Position numbers and translations under genes: made by a program. From contig JAGOUY010000005.1 of the NCBI GenBank assembly GCA_018061025.1, forward strand, positions 11,377-75,376: DNA of 64,000 bases, given 5' to 3'. Under the pieces are notes generated by a model. That model did not search any database and was not told the DNA's origin. It saw nothing but the letters and a program-made list of their open reading frames with translations. Position 1 is the first letter of the stretch, and each line of letters begins with the position of its first letter. Below are positions 1 through 7,629 of the stretch, piece after piece. The stretch is from Patescibacteria group bacterium (lineage in GTDB: Bacteria > Patescibacteriota > Patescibacteriia > 2-12-FULL-60-25).

Positions 1-357
1 GATGTCTCCAAGGTAGACTTCTTGTTCGCGGTCGATACCCGTGCGTTTGTTGACGAGACGTGTTTTGACACGCAGGGGCGCCTCAAAATTCACGTTCTTT
101 TCTTTGGACGTCTTTTCATCAAACTTTGGTTCGTCGATGTAGTAGTCAACGAAAAAGAGCTCGAGGTCACGGCCGATAAAATCTTTGATCGGCGAGATCT
201 CTTTCATGAGCTCGCGAATCCCCTCTTCTAAAAACCAACGATAGGAGGCTTTCTGAACCTCGATGAGGTCAGGCAGCGCCATGGCATCACGGGCGGCGGT
301 AAAATAGCGACGCTCATCATTGGTGGGAGCGTGGCGGCGGAACATCATTGTAGGCAT
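1..357 (-). CDS. rpoB: DNA-directed RNA polymerase beta subunit, N-terminal 119 codons (gene runs off the window start)
   Basis: Not in the ORF track because there is no stop in the window. Reverse complement from the ATG at 357-355 reads MPTMMFRRHAPTNDERRYFTAARDAMALPDLIEVQKASYRWFLEEGIRELMKEISPIKDFIGRDLELFF..., a typical RpoB N-terminus. Confidence 0.85.
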   Translation of the reverse strand, partial: MPTMMFRRHAPTNDERRYFTAARDAMALPDLIEVQKASYRWFLEEGIRELMKEISPIKDFIGRDLELFFVDYYIDEPKFDEKTSKEKNVNFEAPLRVKTRLVNKRTGIDREQEVYLGDI

Positions 358-762
358 GGTGTTCTGGAACACTCATATTTGGCGAATTTCTTCGTTGCGC
401 TCTGCGGTGCTCGACGTCGTACCTTTTAGTACGCCTTACTCCGCTCCTCGAGCGCGCCTCGAACTTCACCAAATCTGAGCGTTCTTTTTGACGTGGGTCA
501 GCACGTGAGTCTTCCTTATATAAGGACAATCTGTTGGCGAGAAAGGCCAGCCGGAGTGAGATCGTGCCCTAGATAAGAAGACTCGAAAAGGGATAAATTG
601 TCTGAAAATGACTCAAGCTACCAAAACACCTCTCGACAAAAATGGCTTTGCTGAGAGGTTTTTAGGCGGTTAGCATGGCAGGCGTAAACATGCAAATTTC
701 GCTTGAATAGCGGGACTTTACCCTACTCCTTATATAGAGTCAAGGGCGACGGCCGACCTCTC

Positions 763-791
763 TTGACAAAATCGGGAAAAAGGCGTATAGT
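763..791 (+). promoter_or_regulatory. sigma70-type promoter TTGACA-17 nt-TATAGT
   Basis: TTGACA at 763-768, a 17-nt spacer, then TATAGT at 786-791. No ORF follows. A terminator lies ~400 nt downstream. Confidence 0.55.
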
Positions 792-797
792 ACTTCT

Positions 798-1197
798 TCA
801 GCCTGCAACGGTACCTGCTTCTTTCCAATGTGTTGCTGGCGGACCTGTTGAGAGCCTCCACAGAGGACCTTTCGACAGCCACCCTTGAATAGGTCTGGAT
901 CCGGTTTCGACTGGAACCTCTCCTAAACAAGCCTATGGGAATAGCATCGTTACGGCGATGTGCTTCCCGCCCCGTCATCAACACAGTGGAAAGAATCCCC
1001 CTTTAAAACGACGTTGAGACGAGGAGAACCCTTCTGCACCCCGAATACGGGCCGTGCGGGAGTGAGTGCGACCTTCGAGCCGGCGGATACGTCTGCCTCC
1101 CTGGAAGGAAGCGCTCTTTGACCGGACGGCCTTCGGGCCTACCCGTTCATCTTCTCATCTTAGCGACGTTTCCCCAGTCAAATGACTGGGTTTTTTG
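798..1197 (+). ncRNA. unclassified ~400-nt non-coding transcription unit (class unknown)
   Basis: Bounded by the near-consensus promoter at 763-791 and the intrinsic terminator at 1172-1197. It contains only short noise ORFs and has local stems, for example CCTGCAAC 802-809 pairing with GTTGCTGG 832-839. The segment GGATCCGGTTTCGACTGG (897-914) resembles a tmRNA 5' region, but no 3' tRNA-like end was found. Confidence 0.4.
1172..1197 (+). terminator. rho-independent terminator
   Basis: CCCAGTC aaat GACTGGG followed by TTTTTT (1191-1196). Confidence 0.7.
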
Positions 1198-1209
1198 TTT
1201 TCGTTTTGA

Positions 1210-1254
1210 TTCCCCTCCTCCGGCGAGGAGGGGTAAGGGGAGGAGTTCCAAGAA
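1210..1254. repeat. 45-nt palindromic repeat (CCCCTCCTC-cggc-GAGGAGGGG plus tail); second copy at 43054-43098
   Basis: TTCCCCTCCTCCGGCGAGGAGGGGTAAGGGGAGGAGTTCCAAGAA here. The copy at 43054-43098 has one mismatch. Confidence 0.85.
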
Positions 1255-1289
1255 ACAATGGTAGCGGTGGGTTATACGGCGCTTTTCTA

Positions 1290-1318
1290 TTGACTTTTCG
1301 CCTATTTTTTGGTATTAT
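1290..1318 (+). promoter_or_regulatory. promoter TTGACT-17 nt-TATTAT for the GC-rich three-gene operon
   Basis: TTGACT at 1290-1295, a 17-nt spacer, then TATTAT at 1313-1318, sitting in AT-rich sequence ~120 nt upstream of the ATG at 1436. Confidence 0.5.
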
Positions 1319-1435
1319 TTTCTGTCGTTCTTTGATAGATTGTCCGAAATGGATGCGTGAAATGCGGTGATTTTAGGCACCCGTTTCGGACGGAAAGACA
1401 TCAACGGCCAACACGGCCAGAACCGCGGAGCAACC

Positions 1436-1831
1436 ATGAATACGCACATTGCCAACATCTTCCGCTTCCTCCTCACCAACCAGAGCCGCATCATCATCCT
1501 CCTCGCGGTAGATGTGCGCGCGAACGGACTCGAAAGCTTCCTGCGGGCTTCGGGCACTCCACAGAGCTGCACGGTCGCGTTCCTCGGAACGGAGGGGCTG
1601 GCCGCGACCCTCGGTGTGCAGACGCCGCCCGCCAGCGAGCTCCACGAACGCCGCCTCGTCTACCACAGCGACCCCAAGCTGCTCAACGAGCTCGGGTGGG
1701 CTATCGTGGACGCGGCCGCTGCGCTGGGCTACGAGCTGAGCGAGAACAGCGCTCAACGCACGGAGCCGATGCGGCTGGGTCAGGCGTGCTACATCCGGAT
1801 CAAGGACGGGCGCCTGGAGCTCACCAAGTGA
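1436..1831 (+). CDS. hypothetical protein, GC-rich gene A (131 aa)
   Basis: Lies in the frame of track ORF 1367..1831. The start is taken at MNTHIANIF, which is preceded by GGAG. Amino-acid composition is balanced, unlike the Arg/Pro-rich alternative frames. The gene is strongly GC3-biased. Confidence 0.55.
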   Translation: MNTHIANIFRFLLTNQSRIIILLAVDVRANGLESFLRASGTPQSCTVAFLGTEGLAATLGVQTPPASELHERRLVYHSDPKLLNELGWAIVDAAAALGYELSENSAQRTEPMRLGQACYIRIKDGRLELTK

Positions 1832-1836
1832 CTGAT

Positions 1837-1918
1837 CCCACCCTCTGACAAGGACATGCTGTTACGCTGTCCTTCTCTCCCCTGCGTGTTTCTCGAAAGA
1901 GGAACGTGAAGGGGTGAG
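1837..1918 (+). repeat. post-gene two-hairpin element E1
   Basis: CCCACCCTCTGACAAGGACAtgctgttacgcTGTCCTTCTCTCCCC...TTTCTCgaaaGAGGAA...GGGGTGAG. It starts 6 nt after the gene A stop. Homologous to elements at 2360-2444 and 3263-3349. Confidence 0.85.
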
Positions 1919-1970
1919 CAAATCGCTCATGCACTTCAACGGCCAATAAAAAACCTCAAGAAGGAACCCC

Positions 1971-2357
1971 ATGCGCGCAATCAATCTCGATGTTTCCCCC
2001 TTCATCCAGTTCCTGCTGGCGGGCAACCGCCTGTTCACGGTTGTCAGCGATGATGCAAGGGTAGCGCGTAGCGCCGTGCAGGTGAGCGGGGAGGGAGAGA
2101 TCTCTCCCATGCCCTTCAACGCCATGCAACCTGCTAAGGAGATGGAGGCTGACATCGCAAAGCACGCGGTGAACGGCGTACTCATCCTCTATGGAGCGGG
2201 AGACGACCTCCTGTTCCTGCTCATGCTGACCATGAACGGACTCCGCCTCCCCGAGATCAGCAGGACGACGCGCACCGCTCCGATGAATCTCGCGTTGGGG
2301 ATGACCGTCATCTGCATCTTCGTGAAGGATGGCACCGTATACTACGAGAAGGTCTAG
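1971..2357 (+). CDS. hypothetical protein, GC-rich gene B (128 aa)
   Basis: Track ORF with plausible composition. No family recognised. Confidence 0.55.
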   Translation: MRAINLDVSPFIQFLLAGNRLFTVVSDDARVARSAVQVSGEGEISPMPFNAMQPAKEMEADIAKHAVNGVLILYGAGDDLLFLLMLTMNGLRLPEISRTTRTAPMNLALGMTVICIFVKDGTVYYEKV

Positions 2358-2359
2358 AT

Positions 2360-2444
2360 CCCCCACCCTCTGACAAGGACATGCTGTTACGCTGTCCTTC
2401 TCTCCCTTTCGTTTTTCTCATCATGAGGAAGATAAGGGGGAGAG
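2360..2444 (+). repeat. post-gene two-hairpin element E2
   Basis: The 5' half is the same as in E1. The second hairpin has a different loop (atcat instead of gaaa), but pairing is preserved with G-U pairs on the + strand. It starts 3 nt after the gene B stop. Confidence 0.85.
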
Positions 2445-2521
2445 CGCTGCACACTTCTGTCGCAGCATCTACCAACGACCACTCAGGTAGCCAATCCTGA
2501 GAGAAAGACGAGAGGCTCAAC

Positions 2522-3199
2522 ATGAGCACGATCCAGCCGCCTTCGCCCGCCCCGATCCAGCCGCCCGCCGTCTGCCCCGGGCAGGGCTGGCGAGATGTCA
2601 ACCAGCTCTTCCCCAAGGAGAACTTCATGCTGGTGTTCCCCGCCGCTGCCCTCGCAGGGCTCGTGCACTGGCTGGTCTACAAGACGGAGCACTACAGCCC
2701 CATCTGGGTCGTCATCGTTCCCCTCCTCTGTCTCTGGGCCTCGGAGCGCATCCGCAGCACGCGGGTGCGGTACTGGCTCCAGAACGAGCTGACCCTGACC
2801 AGGCAGACGATGACCCACCAGCTGCAGGACGTCTGGGAGGAGTTCCAGGGCTGGAAGGGCCACATCGGCTTCCTGAAGACCAACATGGGCATTCCGATCG
2901 TCGTCAAAGGGAGACCGCTCGGGTTTCTCGTCGCCATGCGGTTGGGGGATGCACACCCCCTGATCTACCCCCTGGATGAGCGGACCGGTTTTTTGGAGGG
3001 GTCGGGCCTGACGGCATGGGCAAACAAGATCGCGGGCTCGAACTCCTATGCCGTGAACGCGGGTCCAGGGATCAACAACTCCTCTTCGTATGGAGAAATG
3101 CTTCTCCTCCGCCAGGGTGACTGGGCATACGCGGGCAGCACCTCCCTTGGTGGCGCCCTCCAGCTCCTCGACCAGGTCCAGAGGGTCTTCACGCACTGA
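2522..3199 (+). CDS. hypothetical membrane protein, GC-rich gene C (225 aa)
   Basis: Track ORF with hydrophobic segments FMLVFPAAALAGLVHWLVY and IWVVIVPLLCLWA. No family recognised. Confidence 0.55.
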   Translation: MSTIQPPSPAPIQPPAVCPGQGWRDVNQLFPKENFMLVFPAAALAGLVHWLVYKTEHYSPIWVVIVPLLCLWASERIRSTRVRYWLQNELTLTRQTMTHQLQDVWEEFQGWKGHIGFLKTNMGIPIVVKGRPLGFLVAMRLGDAHPLIYPLDERTGFLEGSGLTAWANKIAGSNSYAVNAGPGINNSSSYGEMLLLRQGDWAYAGSTSLGGALQLLDQVQRVFTH

Positions 3200-3262
3200 T
3201 TCCGAACGGCTCTACCGATTAATTTTATAGCCGAGGACATCGTCGTTTATATCCGCAAGTAG

Positions 3263-3358
3263 CCCCTTCCCACCTCTGACAAGGACATGCCGTTACGCTG
3301 TCCTTCTCTCCCCTGCGTGTTTCTCGAAAGAGGAATGTGAAGGGGGGAGTTTTGTTTT
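3263..3358 (+). terminator. element E3 (third copy), here followed by a T-tract; operon terminator
   Basis: Same sequence family as E1 and E2. The outer stem CTCTCCCC...GGGGGGAG is followed by TTTTGTTTT (3350-3358). Confidence 0.7.
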
Positions 3359-3363
3359 ATCGT

Positions 3364-3516
3364 CTAAAGATGTTTTTTAACATCCTCCCACGTCACACCA
3401 CTACAAACTTCGATTTGTTTTAAGATGTACTTGAGGGATTGTCTTGGGAGAGGTACTAACGCATTTAAAAACTTGGCGCGATTTATTTCTCCCGGTAGCT
3501 CGCTAAGCGGTGGCAT
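3364..3516 (-). CDS. possible 50-aa small ORF overlapping the end of the upstream gene (weak HicA-like C-terminus)
   Basis: Below the track threshold. Reads MPPLSELPGEINRAKFLNALVPLPRQSLKYILKQIEVCSGVTWEDVKKHL. Its ATG (3516-3514) lies 14 nt inside the 3503..3829 ORF. No catalytic motif recognised. Confidence 0.3.
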   Translation of the reverse strand: MPPLSELPGEINRAKFLNALVPLPRQSLKYILKQIEVCSGVTWEDVKKHL

Positions 3517-3829
3517 AGACGGCCGCCTCTGCTCGCTGTCTTTTTATCCCGGCTTCTTGGGCATATGAAGAAGGAACTTCAAATGCCGTCAGGATGGCAT
3601 CTCGGATATTTCTATCGAGCTCTTTCTCGTTGACTCCTTGCGTAATGATGCTGCCGAACCGAAAATTTTGACTCACCGCGATAATTGCTCCGTCTTCTTT
3701 ATGTTTTTCAAAATTGATCGGCCCGTAGTTTTGGAAATATTTATGCAGCTCAACCAGGCCGGCGGGAACGGTTTTCTTTCCTAGGTATGCTTTAAACAAC
3801 CAATCTTTTAAAATTTTTGACGGCTTCAT
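3503..3829 (-). CDS. hypothetical protein with HicB/UPF0150-like segment
   Basis: The segment EDGAIIAVSQNFRFGSIITQGVNEKELDRNIRDAILTAF resembles the HicB-type antitoxin fold pattern (..TQG.t.eE....i.dAi). This is recall only and was not searched. Confidence 0.45.
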   Translation of the reverse strand: MKPSKILKDWLFKAYLGKKTVPAGLVELHKYFQNYGPINFEKHKEDGAIIAVSQNFRFGSIITQGVNEKELDRNIRDAILTAFEVPSSYAQEAGIKRQRAEAAVYATA

Positions 3830-3906
3830 ACTTTTTTTACGCTAGCAGATTTTTTGTTGTTTATCAACCCTTGACAACTCCTCCTATCTATGGAACGGGG
3901 TGAGAT

Positions 3907-5424
3907 ATGTCTGATTCGATTTTGACGGCTTCGATTGTGGGACTGGATGCGTATCCGGTGCGGGTGGAAGCGGATATTACCTCGGGGTTATCTGCGTTTA
4001 TTGTGGTTGGGTTGCCGGATGCCGCGGTGCAGGAGGCGCGGGAGCGGGTGCGGAGTGCACTCAAACAAAGCGAGGTGTTGTTTCCGCGCACGCGGGTAGC
4101 GGTGAATTTAGCGCCGGCGGATGTGAAGAAGAGTGGGACGCCGTTTGATGTGGCGATGGCGCTTGCGATTATGGTGGCGCAGGGAGATTTACCGGCGCGC
4201 TTACCGAACGTGATGGTGGTGGGTGAGTTGGGATTGGATGGGTCGGTGCGGCCGATTCATGGAGTACTTGCCGTGGCGGCACTGGCGAAACGGGAAGGGA
4301 TTGAGGAACTGATTGTCCCCGCGGAGAATGCGGCGGAGGCGGCCTTGATTGGGGAACCGGTGCGGGTGCGACGGGCGGCGACACTGCGACAGATCATGGA
4401 ACATTTGTTGGGACGCGAGCCGCTCCCAGAAGAACCATGGCAAGCACCATGCCTGGATCGTCATACAACGTATGCCTATGACTTTGCGGCGATCCGTGGA
4501 CAAGCGCAGGCGAGGCGGGCGCTAGAGATTGCGGCGGCGGGAGCACACAACTTAGTGATGCAAGGACCGCCGGGATCGGGGAAGACGTTGCTCGCGAGGA
4601 GCTTTCCTTCGATCTTGCCGAATATGACGTTAGAGGAGGCGCTCGATGTGACGCGCATTCATTCGATTGCAGGAATTTTGCCGAAGCGTGGGCTTATGAT
4701 TGAGCGGCCATTTCGCGCACCACATCATAGCGCGAGCATGGTGTCACTGATTGGTGGTGGAGCCATGCCGAGGCCGGGAGAGATATCGCTCGCACATCGT
4801 GGCGTCCTTTTTTTAGATGAGATGTTGGAATTTCCACGGACCGTGCTTGAGAGTTTGCGACAACCCTTGGAAGATGGAACGGTGACCGTGAGTCGGGCGC
4901 AAGGGAGTTTGCATTTTCCGGCACGTATGATGTTTGTAGGGGCACTTAATCCTTGCCCATGTGGGTTTATGACGGATGCGGATCGGCGCTGCGAATGTAC
5001 GCCGATCCAGATCAATAAGTATCGCAAACGTTTAAGTGGACCTCTACTGGATCGGATTGATTTATTTTTGGAAGTACCAAAAGTGAAGACGCAAGAGCTT
5101 TCGGATGTTGAGCTAGCAGAATCGAGTGCCGCTATCCGTACGCGCGTAGAAGCGGCGCGACAGCGACAACTGGAGCGCTATCGCACGGTTGGATTAACGG
5201 CGAATAGCGAGCTCGGAAGTCACCAGGTGCGCTCGCTCCTCACGATCCTCCCGGAAGCCAAGACTTTATTACGCCATGCCACAGATCGCTTTAAATTATC
5301 GGCGCGCGCGTATTTTCGTACGATGAAAGTGGCGCAGACGATTGCGGATTTGGCCGGGAGCACACAGGTGGAGACAGAGCACATGGCGGAAGCATTACAG
5401 TACCGTCAGCAGGAACATTTATAA
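3907..5424 (+). CDS. comM: YifB/ComM family Mg-chelatase-like AAA+ ATPase
   Basis: N-terminal Lon-like domain (VGLPDAAVQEARERVRSAL), Walker A GPPGSGKT, and Walker B/sensor region RGVLFLDE. Confidence 0.9.
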   Translation: MSDSILTASIVGLDAYPVRVEADITSGLSAFIVVGLPDAAVQEARERVRSALKQSEVLFPRTRVAVNLAPADVKKSGTPFDVAMALAIMVAQGDLPARLPNVMVVGELGLDGSVRPIHGVLAVAALAKREGIEELIVPAENAAEAALIGEPVRVRRAATLRQIMEHLLGREPLPEEPWQAPCLDRHTTYAYDFAAIRGQAQARRALEIAAAGAHNLVMQGPPGSGKTLLARSFPSILPNMTLEEALDVTRIHSIAGILPKRGLMIERPFRAPHHSASMVSLIGGGAMPRPGEISLAHRGVLFLDEMLEFPRTVLESLRQPLEDGTVTVSRAQGSLHFPARMMFVGALNPCPCGFMTDADRRCECTPIQINKYRKRLSGPLLDRIDLFLEVPKVKTQELSDVELAESSAAIRTRVEAARQRQLERYRTVGLTANSELGSHQVRSLLTILPEAKTLLRHATDRFKLSARAYFRTMKVAQTIADLAGSTQVETEHMAEALQYRQQEHL

Positions 5425-5493
5425 ATGATATTTTTTCTTTTATCTTAGCCAAATCTCTTGATTTTCTGGTTGACGGGGGGTTAGAGGGACGTT

Positions 5494-6975
5494 ATGGTAG
5501 ATGAACTTCTGGGGATCTGGTGGTTATGGGATGTTGGTCATTTTATCCTTATCATCTTTATTCCTACTACCCTTAAAACGATGGTTGCGAAGGCGTTGCT
5601 CGTGGGGCTACGCGGTTTTCAGGTTCTTGGTCGTATTTTGCGAAAAATTTGGTTCTTTCTGTTGCCGGTGCTGGAGCCGATTTCTGCCACGATGTTGCGT
5701 TGGGTGGTTTTACCTTTCTATAAAACGATTTTGTTTAGTCGGTTGCGCGTGGCAAGCGTCATGACATCGGCGCGGGGATTTTTCTTCCTCCTGTTTACGA
5801 ATAAATATGTTTTGCACGCCGTGCTCTTTGGAATTGTAGCTTTTACGATCTTTTCCCAATTTCAAGGACGGGATGCCGCTGCCTCGGATCCAGGACAAGG
5901 AAGCATTCTGTATGCCCTTGTCAGCGAAGGTCAAGATGAGGTTATCCAAGAAGAAATTTATTTAGATGCTCCTGCTCCGCGCGTGAGCTATCTGGGTGAG
6001 GATACGATTGAGGCGGTACCGGATATTGATTTTGATTATGAACCGGATCTTGCGGCTGATATTACCGTACCGGGCAGCATTGCGCAGCAACCAGGACTCC
6101 CTTCATCACCAGATCTGCCAGAACCAGACGTGATCGCTACACGGACAAAAACGGAACTCTACACCGTGCGTGAAGGAGACGTTGTGGGGACGATTGCGCG
6201 ACAGTTTGGGGTGAACATCGAAACAATTATTAGCGCGAATAGATTAACAAAACGAGCTTCCATTAAACCTGGGGATTTCCTTAAGATTCCTCCTGTGTCT
6301 GGCGTGCTCCACCTTGTTAAAAAAGGAGATACCGTGACAAAACTTGCTCAAACCTACCGAGCGGATGCGGATAAAATCATGGCGGTGAACAGCCTGGCTG
6401 ATCGCTCGCTTACTCCGGGTGAAGAAATTGTGATCCCTGATGGAGTTTCTCCTGTGGTGGTGGTCACACGCCCACCGACGGGAACGTCGGTACGTCCTAA
6501 CGTCCCTGCTACCGGCATTAGAAATAAATCGTTTGATCAGTACCAAGAATTGATTGACGTCCGGGGAGATAGCCGTGCTAAGCCCGCAGATGTAAATGTG
6601 AATGTCGCTCCCCCTACAAAACTTTTGTGGCCAACCACGCAACGCTCCATCACACAATATTACGGATGGAACCACACGGGAATTGACCTGGATGGGGATT
6701 ATGTTGATGCGATTTATGCTTCAGCAGATGGGTCGGTGGAAGCGGCTGGGTGGAATAGCGGCGGGTATGGGCTGCAAATTTTGGTTGACCATGAAAATGG
6801 GCTCAAGACACGCTATGCGCACGCCTCTAAGATGTTTGTGAAACCGGGTGACCGTGTGAAGAAGGGGCAAGTAATTGCCATGGTGGGTACGACGGGGCGA
6901 TCCACCGGAACACACTTGCACTACGAAGTGTACTTGAATGGGAAGCGTCAGAATCCTTTGAGATACATTAAATAA
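5494..6975 (+). CDS. membrane-anchored LysM (x2) + M23 peptidase
   Basis: N-terminal TM helices. Two LysM modules (YTVREGDVVGTIARQFGV..., HLVKKGDTVTKLAQTY...). M23 motifs HTGIDLDG and THLHYEV. Confidence 0.9.
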   Translation: MVDELLGIWWLWDVGHFILIIFIPTTLKTMVAKALLVGLRGFQVLGRILRKIWFFLLPVLEPISATMLRWVVLPFYKTILFSRLRVASVMTSARGFFFLLFTNKYVLHAVLFGIVAFTIFSQFQGRDAAASDPGQGSILYALVSEGQDEVIQEEIYLDAPAPRVSYLGEDTIEAVPDIDFDYEPDLAADITVPGSIAQQPGLPSSPDLPEPDVIATRTKTELYTVREGDVVGTIARQFGVNIETIISANRLTKRASIKPGDFLKIPPVSGVLHLVKKGDTVTKLAQTYRADADKIMAVNSLADRSLTPGEEIVIPDGVSPVVVVTRPPTGTSVRPNVPATGIRNKSFDQYQELIDVRGDSRAKPADVNVNVAPPTKLLWPTTQRSITQYYGWNHTGIDLDGDYVDAIYASADGSVEAAGWNSGGYGLQILVDHENGLKTRYAHASKMFVKPGDRVKKGQVIAMVGTTGRSTGTHLHYEVYLNGKRQNPLRYIK

Positions 6976-7038
6976 GAGGCCAAGAACTCACATGGATTTG
7001 ACGCACAGGAACGCTGAAGATAGCTTACCTATTATTAT

Positions 7039-7590
7039 ATGGGTGAACTCTACCGTCCCGAAGCTACTAAGACGCTTCCGAAGAAAACTGCGCGTGAATA
7101 CTGTGGGCACATGCTGACAATTACGGAAGCTGAGCCGTTACCATTTGCCGTTGCGAGCTTTGACCTTTCACCTTTTGGTGCCAAAGAAGAGCTGGTTCGA
7201 GGCTTTCTGACCCAGATTGAGATATGGGCACTGTCTCCAATGATCGAGGATGATTTTCAAGACCACGCTGAGCGTCGGGCCTGGGAAAATACGATCCCTG
7301 AAGAGATGCGTAGCTACCTCGATAACGAAAATAAGATCTCTGGGAATAATCTTGGTTGCGCCGTGGGTGCCATGCAATCTCTTATAAAATATACCGTAAC
7401 AAACTCCCCCATAGCCGCTCTCTCTCCCTATATTGATACCCTAAATAGCTACCATGCTGCTCTTGGGAAGATTGCGGAAGCGAATAAACCTTACATGCCC
7501 AGGGAACACGCTGCACATCTACGAGCGGTAGAGTACGTGGACACAATGGCGAGAGATGTATTAAAAATATTTTGTACCTGCGGGCCTTAG
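7039..7590 (+). CDS. hypothetical protein (183 aa)
   Basis: Track ORF of normal composition. No recognised family. Confidence 0.5.
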   Translation: MGELYRPEATKTLPKKTAREYCGHMLTITEAEPLPFAVASFDLSPFGAKEELVRGFLTQIEIWALSPMIEDDFQDHAERRAWENTIPEEMRSYLDNENKISGNNLGCAVGAMQSLIKYTVTNSPIAALSPYIDTLNSYHAALGKIAEANKPYMPREHAAHLRAVEYVDTMARDVLKIFCTCGP

Positions 7591-7629
7591 CTAGTTAATT
7601 CAGAAAAAATCCGTTACAGTATTTGCGTT

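Noticed and set aside
480-580. Possible fifth (degenerate or empty) hairpin-element site: TTATATAAGG ... CCCTAGATAAG
   Set aside because: Only short partial matches to the flanks are present, with no inverted-repeat arms between them. This is probably chance.
625-665. Hairpin CCTCTC...GAGAGG with flanking T and A runs, considered as a terminator upstream of rpoB
   Set aside because: No transcription unit that it would terminate can be identified on either strand, so it is left unannotated.
798-1197. Calling the orphan transcription unit tmRNA (ssrA), or a permuted tmRNA
   Set aside because: Only the 5' GGATCCGGTTTCGACTGG resemblance is present. I found no complementary acceptor 3' strand, no T-arm (GGTTCGAnTCC), no terminal CCA context and no convincing tag ORF ending in a hydrophobic -LAA-type tail. 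RNase P CR-I (GAGGAAAGTCC) and the SRP domain IV motif are also absent.
1357-1848. Alternative frames and strands in the GC-rich operon (1357..1848+, 1373..1756-, 1956..2366-, 2483..3196-, and others)
   Set aside because: The translations are Arg/Pro/Gly-rich low-complexity, as expected for out-of-frame reading of GC-rich DNA. The chosen frames give balanced composition and sit correctly relative to the RBS-like sequences and the post-gene elements.
1837-3349. Interpreting the E1/E2/E3 elements as integron attC sites, and genes A-C as cassettes
   Set aside because: There are no RYYYAAC/GTTRRRY core sites at the element ends and no intI or attI in the window. The G-U-dependent pairing indicates an RNA-level structure, and E3 acts as an ordinary terminator.
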